A DNA stretch of 63,966 nucleotides, counting the filler, from Octopus bimaculoides (taxonomy: Eukaryota), in the NCBI RefSeq assembly GCF_001194135.2. It is 3 parts of 3 records of this genome, joined end to end, with 100 filler letters (N's around TTAATTAATTAA, not from the genome) between each part and the next. Parts side by side here need not be neighbours in the genome. Positions count along the whole stretch, not along the records: positions 1 to 16,919 come from NC_069000.1; positions 17,020 to 32,092 come from NC_068989.1; 1 more part is not named here. The stretch is one strand, 5' to 3'. The position numbers and the translations under genes are program-made. The notes below the pieces were generated by a model. The model ran no database searches, was not told the DNA's origin, and was given only the letters and a program-made list of their open reading frames with translations. Below, piece by piece: positions 14,832 through 27,553 of the stretch; position 1 is the stretch's first letter; the number at the start of each line of letters is the position of its first letter.

Positions 14832-15476
14832 GTGTGTTTGTGAGTGTGTGTATATATATATATACATACACATATGTATGCGTATATATACGTATGTATG
14901 CATGCATATATGTATACATATATGTGTGCGTATGCGATGTTTGTTTCAGTGACATTTAATTCATCGGAATTGCGAACATCAACCTGAGGGAAGGTCACAG
15001 TTATATGAAACTCATTATCATGGTTTCCACCATCTTCACATGTCAAATCGTGTCACGCTAACCCAGCAGATATAACGGCTCTCGAAGTTTCTCTAATGAA
15101 AAGAGGGTCCTGATTCCTTGACTACAAAATGACAAATTGTATCCTGCTGTTCACCATCAGCCGCATAGTCTCCGTCTCTCGAGCCCTAAAATTTATAAGG
15201 CCAGTTAATCTGTTTCTTTATGGTTAAATATGGTTAAACTTGTCGAACTTCGTTCTCTAACTTAGATAAGAGACTTCATATATATATATATGACGTACAT
15301 GTTTATCCTCATTCAGTGGCACTAACAGGCAACTAAAGCATATTTGTCCAAGTGTGCATTGTATTGCATTTTATCATTTCGCTTATGGGATAAATGTGTA
15401 TCACAAGCAATATTTTGTAATATTACGCTATGATTTATCTTATAACCAAACATAAAAACACAGTCAACATATATGC

Positions 15477-15516
<40 letters not shown>

Positions 15517-16668
15517 CCTTTACATCGGGATGGTAAATAAATCAACGATTTAAGAATTATAAAAATCAATAAAATAAGGTCACCAGACTAACATTTTAAA
15601 AGAGGTAATGGCGTCAAATATAGTCTGCAAAGAAATGAAAGCCATCGTTGAGAAGTGATACAGCATGGCCGCCAGAGTGATATAACCGAGACAAACAATA
15701 AAATAATTGATGACTAAAATATTTAAAGAAAAACATCACGAGTTATATTAGATTGTCTTATATGTTATACGAGTCTGCGAAATTACAGAAGGAAAAGAAG
15801 GAAATCATTATGAAAATATAATGGATTTTAATGAAGGAAACGAAATGTTTCTATTTTCTGTTTCTGGATAAATTGATTTAAAAACAATGAATTCATTGTT
15901 TTGTTTTACATAGCCTGAAAATAGATCTGAATGTGAGTATGTCGATATATATATATATATANNNNNNNNNNNNNNNNNNNNNNNNNNNNNNNNNNNNNNN
16001 NNNNNNNNNNNNNNNNNNNNNNNNNNNNNNNNNNNNNNNNNNNNNNNNNNNNNNNNNNNNNNNNNNNNNNNNNNNNNNNNNNNNNNNNNNNNNNNNNNNN
16101 NNNNNNNNNNNNNNNNNNNNNNNNNNNNNNNNNNNNNNNNNNNNNNNNNNNNNNNNNNNNNNNNNNNNNNNNNNNNNNNNNNNNNNNNNNNNNNNNNNNN
16201 NNNNNNNNNNNNNNNNNNNNNNNNNNNNNNNNNNNNNNNNNNNNNNNNNNNNNNNNNNNNNNNNNNNNNNNNNNNNNNNNNNNNNNNNNNNNNNNNNNNN
16301 NNNNNNNNNNNNNNNNNNNNNNNNNNNNNNNNNNNNNNNNNNNNNNNNNNNNNNNNNNNNNNNNNNNNNNNNNNNNNNNNNNNNNNNNNNNNNNNNNNNN
16401 NNNNNNNNNNNNNNNNNNNNNGTGTGTGTGTGTGTGTGTGTAGGTGTGTATCCGTGAGCGTGTCGATGTGCGTGCTTAAGGTGTATGTATGTGCGTGTGT
16501 GTTTCTGCGTGTGATTGTCTTTTCCACATTGTAATTAAATTTCCATTTACACTAAAGACAGTTATAGCCCGAGGTTGTAACTATTTGTATTGATCTTAAA
16601 CAATCATTTACTGGAAGCATACATGTACAAAGAGTTCATAGGCAAATTTATAAGAAGGCACACACTCA

Positions 16669-16712
<44 letters not shown>

Positions 16713-16963
16713 GAGGGAGAGAGAAAGAGAGAGAGAGAAAGGAGGCACACAGACTAACGCTGACACATAGATGAGGATATATAAACGTACCCGTATGAAT
16801 ATATACTTATATACACACACGCATAGGTTCTCATACACACGTATATACATACATATAAAACATTCATACATACATACATACATACATACATAGATACATA
16901 TATATATATATATATATATNNNNNNNNNNNNNNNNNNNNNNNNNNNNNNNNNNNNNNNNNNNN

Positions 16964-16975
16964 TTAATTAATTAA
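16964..16975. other. Artificial scaffolding linker TTAATTAATTAA between N runs
   Basis: Isolated all-frame-stop 12-mer flanked by Ns on both sides; identical at 32137-32148. Confidence 0.9.
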
Positions 16976-19261
16976 NNNNNNNNNNNNNNNNNNNNNNNNN
17001 NNNNNNNNNNNNNNNNNNNATATATATATATATATATATATAAATATAGTGTACTGTTCCGTGATGGTCAGATTAACAAAAAAAAGTACTCCATGTGGTG
17101 AAAGAAAAATATAACTTAATAAGCTCAATTTTTTTTTTTAATGAGCTACTAATAGTTTCATGCGAGGAAAACATCTCAGGCAGCATCTTTTAACACGTCT
17201 GGTACTTTCACGCATTCCCTAGGCTATGGATTGCGTGAAGGCATTAGACATATTAAAAAGATGCAGTCTGAAATGTTTTCATCACATGAAAGTATTAGTA
17301 GCTCATAGAAATATATATTGTGTTTGTTAAATTATATATATATATATATACACGTCCGTGTGTCTGTATATGTATTTACACACGCACACACACAGCACAA
17401 ACATAAATGCACTTAAACACTTTTAGATACGCACAAAACACACAAAATGTGCGCACACATATGCATCACATAGAAAGAGAAATTCAGAGCTGGTGCATCA
17501 CAATATCAAATATACTATTAATCATCATAATTAGTAAAGTCCATAAAAAGAAAGAAACTTCTAAGATACTTACAACGAACTGACGTATTTTAGGTGAAAG
17601 AGCCGTCTATTTATTAAGAAACTAATACAGCAGTACTGTTTCCCAGACATTGAACAATTACCTGGATAACAAGTGGAGAAATAAATCTTAACTTTGAACA
17701 TCAAAAGACATTTGATAGACAGGCACCAACAGTATGAGGATATTCTCTCTGCTAAAACAAAGAAATGTGTAGAAACCAGCTTAGGCAACTACAAAGCAAC
17801 ATTAAAAATATAATTATCAACGTTACAGTTTCAGATCAATCTGTAATTCATCAATAGAATCAATAGTAGGACAAGTTTCATTTTTAGTGTTCATTCTCTG
17901 GTCAACGGATGTCAAACAAGCTGCACCGCTGTGCATTGATGATTTTACACTACAGTAATAAGAGCTAAGTGATCTTGTAGAGGATTATACGGAAAATTCC
18001 TGTCAGAACGAAAACCTGGAACTGCACTTCGAGAATTAGCTATTCTCTATAGTCAATATACTTAGAGTTTTGGTTGTTACTGTGGTAACGTAGATTTGTG
18101 TTGGTGGAACATGTCGTCACTGTCAAGAACACAAATGCGTAAAGTATAGGAACGCCTCGTATAATCTCAAACAAAACTGCTTACATTATTCTACTATACA
18201 AGTCGTCCCAGTACTACGAACCTTCTGGTACTTCAAGTCGCCTAAAATGTCAGATTTATATGCTGACTATTTCACTATTTATGTATTACATCTGCGAACC
18301 ATATGAGAAATAGAAATGGCTAAATATAAACATCCTCTTTGATTAGATGTGTCACTTCAAATTCCGCAAACCACATCGTGTGTCCTTCCTCACCTACAGT
18401 TCCATCGCTGCTCTCCATCATCACAAAACATGAAAATTGTAGGGATAAGTTGGTGATGCTGTGATTCGTGTGTGAATTGGATCATAGGAGAGTTTTTCAT
18501 TGCATGCTACATTGCCACTCTCTAGTGCGTCTTGATCCAAAGACAAGATGAAATCAAAACGGCTGGGGTATGTCTAGAAGTAGCAAGTTAACAGTGATAC
18601 TATAGTGTCTGATCGTGCTTTTAGTAATTCACAACACTTGCCAAGAGAGACTTTTGACTGTGAGACCATTTCTGTTTTTCTCCTTTTCGCATTCTAGTGT
18701 AAATATGCCTTTAGTCACGAAAGGTTTTGAACTCGACGGTTGCCCTCACGTTAAGTAGTCTGTTTCGGAGTGTAACTGCTGTATTTGCTACAACCTTTGA
18801 ACAACTGGTCTGAGCTGTGGGATAGAGAGCAATCGTAGATGAAATGTTCCCAAATGGAGAGCAAATACAAACGAAATGTTTCCAAAGGAACAAGACAAAT
18901 GCTTCTATCATGGGTACTAATTCTTCTTGGATACACCACCTTCTATTTAAAATATAGTGCATAAAGGATTACGATAGCGGAGGTTATGATGCTAATCGTG
19001 GTGATGGTGGTAGAGGTGGTGATGACAATTAAGTATCAAATATGGAGATGCTGCTGGAGTTTTTAATTTCATCATCTGACACATTATACAAAATGCCTCT
19101 GTGTATATTCATGTGTGTGTGAATAGGTATGTATAAGTGCGTGTGTGTGTGTATACAAGTGTATGTGTGTATATAAATGTAAGAATAACACTTATGTACA
19201 CACACATACATATATAAACATACATGTATACCCACATATATGCATATAAATATAATATATG

Positions 19262-19452
19262 ATTGACCGTTGACTGAACACTATTCAATTTTTTTTCTCC
19301 GTGTTTTTCTCCTTGTCTCCGTATTCTTTCTGTTGAAGAGCGTAGCTCGAAACGTCAAAGACTTTCCGTATTCCCGAGCGTCATACTAATATATACTTTT
19401 GTTATTTACACCACCTGTCCTCGTCTGTTGTTATTATTTGTATATTCTCCCA
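19262..19452 (+). repeat. Dispersed repeat family C carrying a hammerhead-like motif (other copies about 7460-7617 and 13880-14030)
   Basis: Shared gaagagcgta(g)gctcgaaacgt.aaagacttt...ttcccgagcg...caccacctgtc(t/c)tcgt in three copies. Confidence 0.85.
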
Positions 19453-20272
19453 TATATATATATNNNNNNNNNNNNNNNNNNNNNNNNNNNNNNNNNNNNN
19501 NNNNNNNNNNNNNNNNNNNNNNNNNNNNNNNNNNNNNNNNNNNNNNNNNNNNNNNNNNNNNNNNNNNNNNNNNNNNNNNNNNNNNNNNNNNNNNNNNNNN
19601 NNNNNNNNNNNNNNNNNNNNNNNNNNNNNNNNNNNNNNNNNNNNNNNNNNNNNNNNNNNNNNNNNNNNNNNNNNNNNNNNNNNNNNNNNNNNNNNNNNNN
19701 NNNNNNNNNNNNNNNNNNNNNNNNNNNNNNNNNNNNNNNNNNNNNNNNNNNNATTTATTTATTTATTTATGATTTTTTTTTGTCAATTATTTATTTGTCT
19801 GTATATCGATATATTTATGCATTTATTATTTATTGATACATTTATGTGACTGTCTATTTATTTATTGCTTTATTTATTTATAGCTATAAGTACTTGAAAA
19901 CAGCATCGTTAATTATAAAGATACGGAATTCTCTTGACTATTTAAGCTCCACTGTTCTTTCTTTTTAATCCATCGTGTGTGCATATACATATATATATAC
20001 ATATGTAATTATGTAGGTATGTATGCATGTATGTATGTATGTATGTATGTATGTATGCATGTATGTATGTATGTATGTATGTATATACGTATGTATGTAC
20101 ATAGGTTTGCATGCATCTATATATGTATATTTATACCTATATATACATATGTGTAAGTATGTATGCATGCATGTGTATATGCATCTACATATGCATATTT
20201 ATATACCTATATATACACACATGTGTATGTATGTGCGTATGCATGTATGCATGTATGTATGCATGTATGTAC

Positions 20273-20313
<41 letters not shown>

Positions 20314-21964
20314 NNNNNNNNNNNNNNNNNNNNNNNNNNNNNNNNNNNNNNNNNNNNNNNNNNNNNNNNNNNNNNNNNNNNNNNNNNNNNNNNNNNNNNN
20401 NNNNNNNNNNNNNNNNNNNNNNNNNNNNNNNNNNNNNNNNNNNNNNNNNNNNNNNNNNNNNNNNNNNNNNNNNNNNNNNNNNNNNNNNNNNNNNNNNNNN
20501 NNNNNNNNNNNNNNNNNNNNNNNNNNNNNNNNNNNNNNNNNNNNNNNNNNNNNNNNNNNNNNNNNNNNNNNNNNNNNNNNNNNNNNNNNNNNNNNNNNNN
20601 NNNNNNNNNNNNNNNNNNNNNNNNNNNNNNNNNNNNNNNNNNNNNNNNNNNNNNNNNNNNNNNNNNNNNNNNNNNNNNNNNNNNNNNNNNNNNNNNNNNN
20701 NNNNNNNNNNNNNNNNNNNNNNNNNNNNNNNNNNNNNNNNNNNNNNNNNNNNNNNNNNNNNNNNNNNNNNNNNNNNNNNNNNNNNNNNNNNNNNNNNNNN
20801 NNNNNNNNNNNNNNNNNNNNNNNNNNNNNNNNNNNNNNNNNNNNNNNNNNNNNNNNNNNNNNNNNNNNNNNNNNNNNNNNNNNNNNNNNNNNNNNNNNNN
20901 NNNNNNNNNNNNNNNNNNNNNNNNNNNNNNNNNNNNNNNNNNNNNNNNNNNNNNNNNNNNNNNNNNNNNNNNNNNNNNNNNNNNNNNNNNNNNNNNNNNN
21001 NNNNNNNNNNNNNNNNNNNNNNNNNNNNNNNNNNNNNNNNNNNNNNNNNNNNNNNNNNNNNNNNNATATACACACACCTATATTCATGTGTATATGTATG
21101 TGTGTGTGTCTGTGTCACCACCACATGACAACTGGTGCTTGTTTGTTTACGTCCTCATAATTTAGAAGTTCGGCAAAAATATTCGATAGTATAAGCACTT
21201 GGGTTAAAAATAGGTGCCGGTGTCAATTTGCTCGATACTTCTGGGCGGCGTTCCAGCTTGGCCGTAATCCAGTGACCGAAACAAGTCAAAGACATAAGAA
21301 AAGATATGCTTCTGTACGAAATATTATTTCTAATGTTAAATTTGGTATCTTTTGGATGATGTGTGTAAAATTTAATCATATGGGACTCGTATACAAGTTT
21401 GATGGTATCACTGCTTTGGTTTGATCTGATCTGTTTCGATTCGTTTCTGTTTTGCGATGATTAAAACCCGGTTTCATGTACGTATGTATAAATGCAACAA
21501 CATCATTAGATGTAGCCTTTCACTCACTGATTATTACCTAGAAAGGCTTGAAACATAAACATATGTCTGGATAATGTATATTTATTTCAGTATTTCGTGA
21601 TTTGTCTTCCTATGTTTTACATTGAACGTGGTCTAAAGTTTATATCCTCATAAATAGAACATGAAAATATATTGTGATTTTGTATATATAAATATACACA
21701 CACTCATGCACACACATACACACATTTACACGCAGACATATATATGGTTTGATAAGAGTCTCTCTCTACATATATGATATTTATGCATATAAGCACGCAC
21801 ACATACTCACACGCATATATACATACGCACGCACACATACACACTCGTATATATATGTATATATTTGTATATATCTATATTTATATATGTGTGTGTGTAT
21901 GTATGTATGTATATATGTATGTATGTATGTATGCATGTATGTATGTATAGATGGATGGATGGAT

Positions 21965-22005
<41 letters not shown>

Positions 22006-22062
22006 CCCATACATAAATATATGTGCGTGTGTGTATGCATATATACACATATATAAATATAG

Positions 22063-22114
<52 letters not shown>

Positions 22115-22469
22115 GTGTGTGTGTGTGCGTTTGTATGAAAATATGCGTGTGCATAAATATATACATATAGACTCATATCAAACCATATACGTCTGTGTGT
22201 AAATGTGTGTATGTGTGTGCATGAGTGTGTGTACCACCATAGTCATCACTACCATCATCACAACTACCATCTAAATTGGAATGTCTGTGTGTGTCGTTCG
22301 AATTTACAGAAGAGAGGAATATATTCTCAGTAGAGAAGTAGAATATACTCTCTTGTTACCCATGTGCATGCATACATACAAGAAAGAAAGAGAAAGAGAG
22401 ACAAAGACACCGCCAAAACTCATCATAATATTGCAAAATGTCGGTTATACTATACAAGTGTGGTGGATA

Positions 22470-23020
22470 TCACCCACATCATCAGCAACTGGCCCAGAAT
22501 ATCTATGAGATACTATTTACTCTTGAGGCATGATAAAGTTGTAAAGACCATTTACAATGTTATCCGCAGGAAGATTAGCTCTGACGTATACATCAAAGGC
22601 ATGTCAGAACCAACATGTATTGACACCTTTAAAAACCAAGAATATTGGTGTAACACTCCAATAAAATCAATAATTCAGTGCAAACATAACAGACCTGATT
22701 TTGTTCTGTGAGACACCGAACAAATTTCATGCAGTGTTGTAGAAGTCAACGGCTCGGCAGATGTGAATCTATCATCAAAACTAAAGGAAAAAAGAGAAAA
22801 CGTTTATTGTGAATTAATGCAAAACCTACAACACTTGTACCCTGAGTATAAATTCAAATTTGTACTGATTATCATAATTGCATTAAGATATGTACCTCCA
22901 AATTTACACAAAACTGAGAAATACTAAGCTTTTGTGTAAATACTAGGTTTTTCGAAGAAAGAACATCAGACACAGTGAATATTTGTGAAACTGTCCAAGG
23001 ATTCTCCATCTGTGATTCTT
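22470..23020 (+). mobile_element. RLE-type LINE 3' fragment (subfamily shared with 31090-31700)
   Basis: THIIS, LRHDKVVKTIY, CKHNRPDFVL and LQHLYPEYKFKFV. Confidence 0.7.
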
Positions 23021-23789
23021 AAGATGAATAGATGCACTCACTTGCTCAACTAACACTCCACTTCAACCGCATACTTACAAATATCAGGAACTCTCCTGAC
23101 TGATAGAGTTTTGTCACTTTGTTAGTGAGCGTCTTGGACTCTTTTAACAAGAACTTAAATAAAACTCAAAGGACAAACGTAATTGAATAAATACATAAGA
23201 ATATACAGGGAGCAGACAAAATAATGGAAACACGATTTTTATCTAACTATTTTTTCTATAAGCAATATCACCAATTCAAAGTGTCCTGGTTTGTATGTAT
23301 GTATATATATAATGTTCATATGCATTACGTTTGTCATGAGCTTCATAATATAATCTTCAGTTTTTTTTTTCTGTATGTATATTTAGATAAGTTAAAACTC
23401 ATGACCTATTGTATTTCCAAAGCTCAGACTACTAGAGCGTAAGTTACTAAAGTTCTTTAATATTTCGAATGAGACAGTCCTTAAAATCATGCTTGCATTT
23501 CAAAACCAAGGTAAATCCAGCTCAGGAAGAATAATTCTGGACTGAAGGCAAAGCTCATCAAACTATCGTGGTAGATGTGACAGCAGAGCTAAATACACAC
23601 CTTTGCTAATCCTGTTTCGACCAAAAGCGTCGTGAGCTCTATATAGCTGGACGACAAAGGAAGACTGTATTTGTTAAAAATTTCCTGTCCTCCATCAACA
23701 ATGATAAGTGGGAGAAAATAGTGTGTCGACTATCAAAATTGATCAATAGTTCAAAGGAACACTGTCATTTTCTCTGCGGAATCAGCATT

Positions 23790-24200
23790 CACCCCTTTTC
23801 CCGTTTCTGGGTAAGTTTATCTTTGAAGACTGCCCAAAGAAGCCTTCAGCCTTGAAACATGGAGGTATCTCTGTGATGATTTGGGCACCCGTATCACAGA
23901 ATTCTCTTGGATTTTCAGTTGTTTTACATGACAGAGTTAACGCCAAGAATTACCTTAGTATTTTGGTTGATCATGTCCATCCTACTGTACAGACATTGTT
24001 CCTTGCTGGTAGCGCAATCTTCCATAAAGTTAATGTGCCAATTCATACTGGTGATGTAAGTTAAAACTGGTACAAAGAGCACAAAAGTAAAGTAGACAAC
24101 TGGGATTAAGCTTCTCACAATCGCCAGGTGGCAAGATATTTATGGTGCATTTTGGAGCAGCGAGTGTAATGATCTCAGAAAACTCTTTCCGACATCATTC
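23790..24200 (+). mobile_element. Tc1-family transposase remnant
   Basis: KHGGISVMIWA...IFHKVNVPIH matches the Tc1 KHGGGSVMVWG...FQxDNAPxH pattern; in-frame stops are present. Confidence 0.75.
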
Positions 24201-24329
24201 TGGGAACCATTGATTTGGCAGAAGAGAGGAAATTTTTTGATCTGATATATTAACGCGAAGAAGAAATTAGCTTTGATTGAATTGTTATTTGTATCACGAC
24301 AACGGTCTTATCAGACATATATAATCCCA

Positions 24330-25200
24330 CAACAGACAGTCAGAAACTTCATTTCTTTAACAATTATATTTTTTATCACTATTGAAAAACCACCTGTTTT
24401 AAATTTCCTTGATGTTATTTGAAACCTTTCAAATGGTCTCTTTTTCTGTACATAACTCTCTGAATCTTGTCCATAAGCTTTCCAAATACCTCGATCTATA
24501 TTAATAATCTTATTAAACCATTTCGCTTAGATTACCTAATAAAGCTGCTAACGAACAATTTTTAAAGGTCATGATCACTATTATAGGGTCTTGTGTTAAC
24601 TGATGTTATGAAAAATTCCGATGTTTCTGAAGGTGGTTCAATTCGGAAAAAGAAATGTACGTTCTCTTATCAGTTTAGATGTTTGTACCTCTATCATCAA
24701 AATCTTCTCTACCCTAAGGAAAAATTCCCTTACCTCATTAGCAATACTACTGTAGCTTTAATAAAACAGTGTTCAACTATTTTATTCTGTTACTCCTAAC
24801 CTTGCACATAACATTGTTTGTTCTAACTTGGCTAAGCTTTACTGAACTATTAATTGTGCCACACCTAACCGAACTTGTAATACATCAGTTCAATGTTTAA
24901 TTAATCAACTAAGAACACAATTTATAGTTGTAGCATTATTAAATTTAGCTGGGTGTCACTTCCATCTTGTCTACCGGATTTTAACCGCATGAATATTCTT
25001 TTAGAAATAATTGGACTTGGGTTATTAAGGAAATTGAAAGAAGGTGGGATTCCTTTCAATATAAGATGAAATCTAGTTAAACATGCCTCTCTAACACTAG
25101 TGATAGAAAGGCATGCAATCTACGTATCGTAGAAGCCCAAATAATACTCTTCTTCTAAAGACCCTTTATTGAGTAAACATTAACCATAAAATGCTTAAGA
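24330..25200 (+). mobile_element. Highly degenerate Penelope-like retroelement (RT C-terminus to GIY-YIG)
   Basis: Frameshifted peptides LNFLDV, TISLRLPNKAANEQF, SVTPNLAHNI and KACNLRIVEAQIILF resemble PLE thumb, linker and GIY-YIG motifs; recognised by eye. Confidence 0.5.
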
Positions 25201-25334
25201 CCGTTTAATTCGAATATTTGAAAAAAAATCAAAACAAAAAGCAACAAAGGTGTCCTTCAATAAATAATGTATAATATCATAATTTACGAATTACAATGAC
25301 GATGACGATGGTGATGATGATGTTAATGATGCTG

Positions 25335-25363
<29 letters not shown>

Positions 25364-25365
<2 letters not shown>

Positions 25366-26010
25366 CTGTTCGAACTGACAAAGAAAAATAGACACCTGTT
25401 TACTGATAGACATTGCAGTCCCTTCTAACCAAAATATTACCTCAAAAGAGGTGGGAAAATTTTCAAAGTACAAATTTAAGTATTCAAGATGTGGAGCATG
25501 AAGATGAAAAGAGTACCAGTAATAATGGAGGCACTGGGCATGATAAAAAAAACAAACAAACATATGAACAGAAACATAGAAGCTATACCTGGGCCCTCAA
25601 CACTACACACTACTCAATAAATAGTCTTGCTACGAACAGCCCACATCCTACGCAAAACAATATCAATTTAATAATACAACACAAACAAAACTATCCACAA
25701 ACACAAGACACACTCTTTACAGTAAACATCCAAAAAAAAAAAAAAAACAACAATCACAACATGTACTCTAGAGGCGGGATACTCAAAAGAACACGAATCG
25801 CATTACACACACAATACAACCAATAATACAACAAAAGACTGCAACCAGACACGATAACAAAACACACCAATGCAATACAATACCGGGGAGAGTTAGCACA
25901 CATCCCCAACAACCAAAATAGAACACACAATGTTGCACACATTCCAGCAACACGAACGTGTAGCAAATGATACAGTAGAAATTTGTCTGAAACTATCAAA
26001 CATTGAATAA
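25364..26010 (+). mobile_element. R4/Dong-like 3' fragment with long AC-rich 3' UTR
   Basis: After (AAT)n: TCLLIDIAVPSNQNITSKEVGKFSKY, VPVIMEALGMI, then an IVLLRTAHILRK-like end. Confidence 0.7.
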
Positions 26011-26033
26011 TAACAACTACGCCATATGCCCGT

Positions 26034-26103
26034 GGGCATATGGCGTAGTAGTTACGAGCACGGCTACTAACTCCAAGATTCCGAGTTCGATTCCGGGCAG
26101 TGA

Positions 26104-26107
<4 letters not shown>
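26034..26107 (+). mobile_element. tRNA-like SINE head followed by (AAT)n
   Basis: A-box-like TGGCGTAGTAG and B-box GTTCGATTCC; cloverleaf stems do not pair well. Confidence 0.6.
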
Positions 26108-26143
<36 letters not shown>

Positions 26144-26144
<1 letters not shown>

Positions 26145-26390
26145 TCCCTATTGTCATCGGAGTATTGAGTTCAATGCCACCCAACTTGAAAAAAAAAAAA
26201 AAAACAACATCTGGAAACATTAGAATCTAGGTGAATTGCCAAAATCATCATTACTTGGAACTGCACGCATATTGCGTAGAGTACTCTCTGTCTGAAGTCT
26301 TTGTGACATGACATACAGTACAAACTCCCGGTAGACAAAATATCTTCAATCAACAACGTCACGGTATTGGATACTGTGCGACGTCTTAAA
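26144..26390 (+). mobile_element. R4/Dong-like 3' fragment
   Basis: After (AAT)n: VPIVIGVL...SSLLGTARILRRVLSV*, then a 3' UTR ending in aaataataa. Confidence 0.75.
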
Positions 26391-26524
26391 TAATAACAAT
26401 GATGATGATGATGATGATGATGATGTTAATAATAATAATAACAACAACAACACTACTACTACTACTACTATTACTACTACAACTACTACTACTACTACTA
26501 CTAATAATAATAATAATAACAAAA

Positions 26525-27456
26525 CAAACTCATAATTTTCTTATGTTTTCTTAAACATTCTCTAGAACAATACTATGTACAAAACCAAATATATGACACC
26601 CTAGGCATAACATCAACATGAAATTCTAACTTGTCTCTTGAGGTCTCTGGGTGAGACTTGGAGCCAACTTGTACAAATACAAAGCAAAAGTCAAACATAT
26701 AATAAATAATAATAATAATAATAATAATCTCAACAGGCATGATAGAGCTGCACAATATATTCACTGGGTNNNNNNNNNNNNNNNNNNNNNNNNNNNNNNN
26801 NNNNNNNNNNNNNNNNNNNNNNNNNNNNNNNNNNNNNNNNNNNNNNNNNNNNNNNNNNNNNNNNNNNNNNNNNNNNNNNNNNNNNNNNNNNNNNNNNNNN
26901 NNNNNNNNNNNNNNNNNNNNNNNNNNNNNNNNNNNNNNNNNNNNNNNNNNNNNNNNNNNNNNNNNNNNNNNNNNNNNNNNNNNNNNNNNNNNNNNNNNNN
27001 NNNNNNNNNNNNNNNNNNNNNNNNNNNNNNNNNNNNNNNNNNNNNNNNNNNNNNNNNNNNNNNNNNNNNNNNNNNNNNNNNNNNNNNNNNNNNNNNNNNN
27101 NNNNNNNNNNNNNNNNNNNNNNNNNNNNNNNNNNNNNNNNNNNNNNNNNNNNNNNNNNNNNNNNNNNNNNNNNNNNNNNNNNNNNNNNNNNNNNNNNNNN
27201 NNNNNNNNNNNNNNNNNNNNNNNNNNNNNNNNNNNNNNNNNNNNNNNNNNNNNNNNNNNNNNNNNNNNNNNNNNNNNNNNNNNNNNNNNNNNNNNNNNNN
27301 NNNNNNNNNNNNNNNNNNNNNNNNNNNNNNNNNNNNNNNNNNNNNNNNNNNNNNNNNNNNNNNNNNNNNNNNNNNNNNNNNNNNNNNNNNNNNNNNNNNN
27401 NNNNNNNNNNNNNNNNNNNNNNNNNNGTACAAATGCAAAACAAAAGTCAAACATAA

Positions 27457-27460
<4 letters not shown>
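26525..27460 (+). mobile_element. Two further R4/Dong-like 3' ends spanning an N gap
   Basis: 3' UTR ending ...gtacaaatacaaagcaaaagtcaaacat(AAT)n near 26700; then LNRHDRAAQYIHW (RHD motif) at 26729; after the gap the same 3' end recurs at 27427, followed by (AAT)n. Confidence 0.7.

Positions 27461-27552
<92 letters not shown>

Positions 27553-27553
<1 letters not shown>

Noticed and set aside
17560-18960. Possible L1/Tx1 reverse-transcriptase relics
   Set aside because: Only vague motif resemblance (HQKTFDR); too degenerate to support a call.
26034-26107. Functional tRNA gene
   Set aside because: A and B boxes are present, but the acceptor, anticodon and T stems do not pair; a SINE head fits better.
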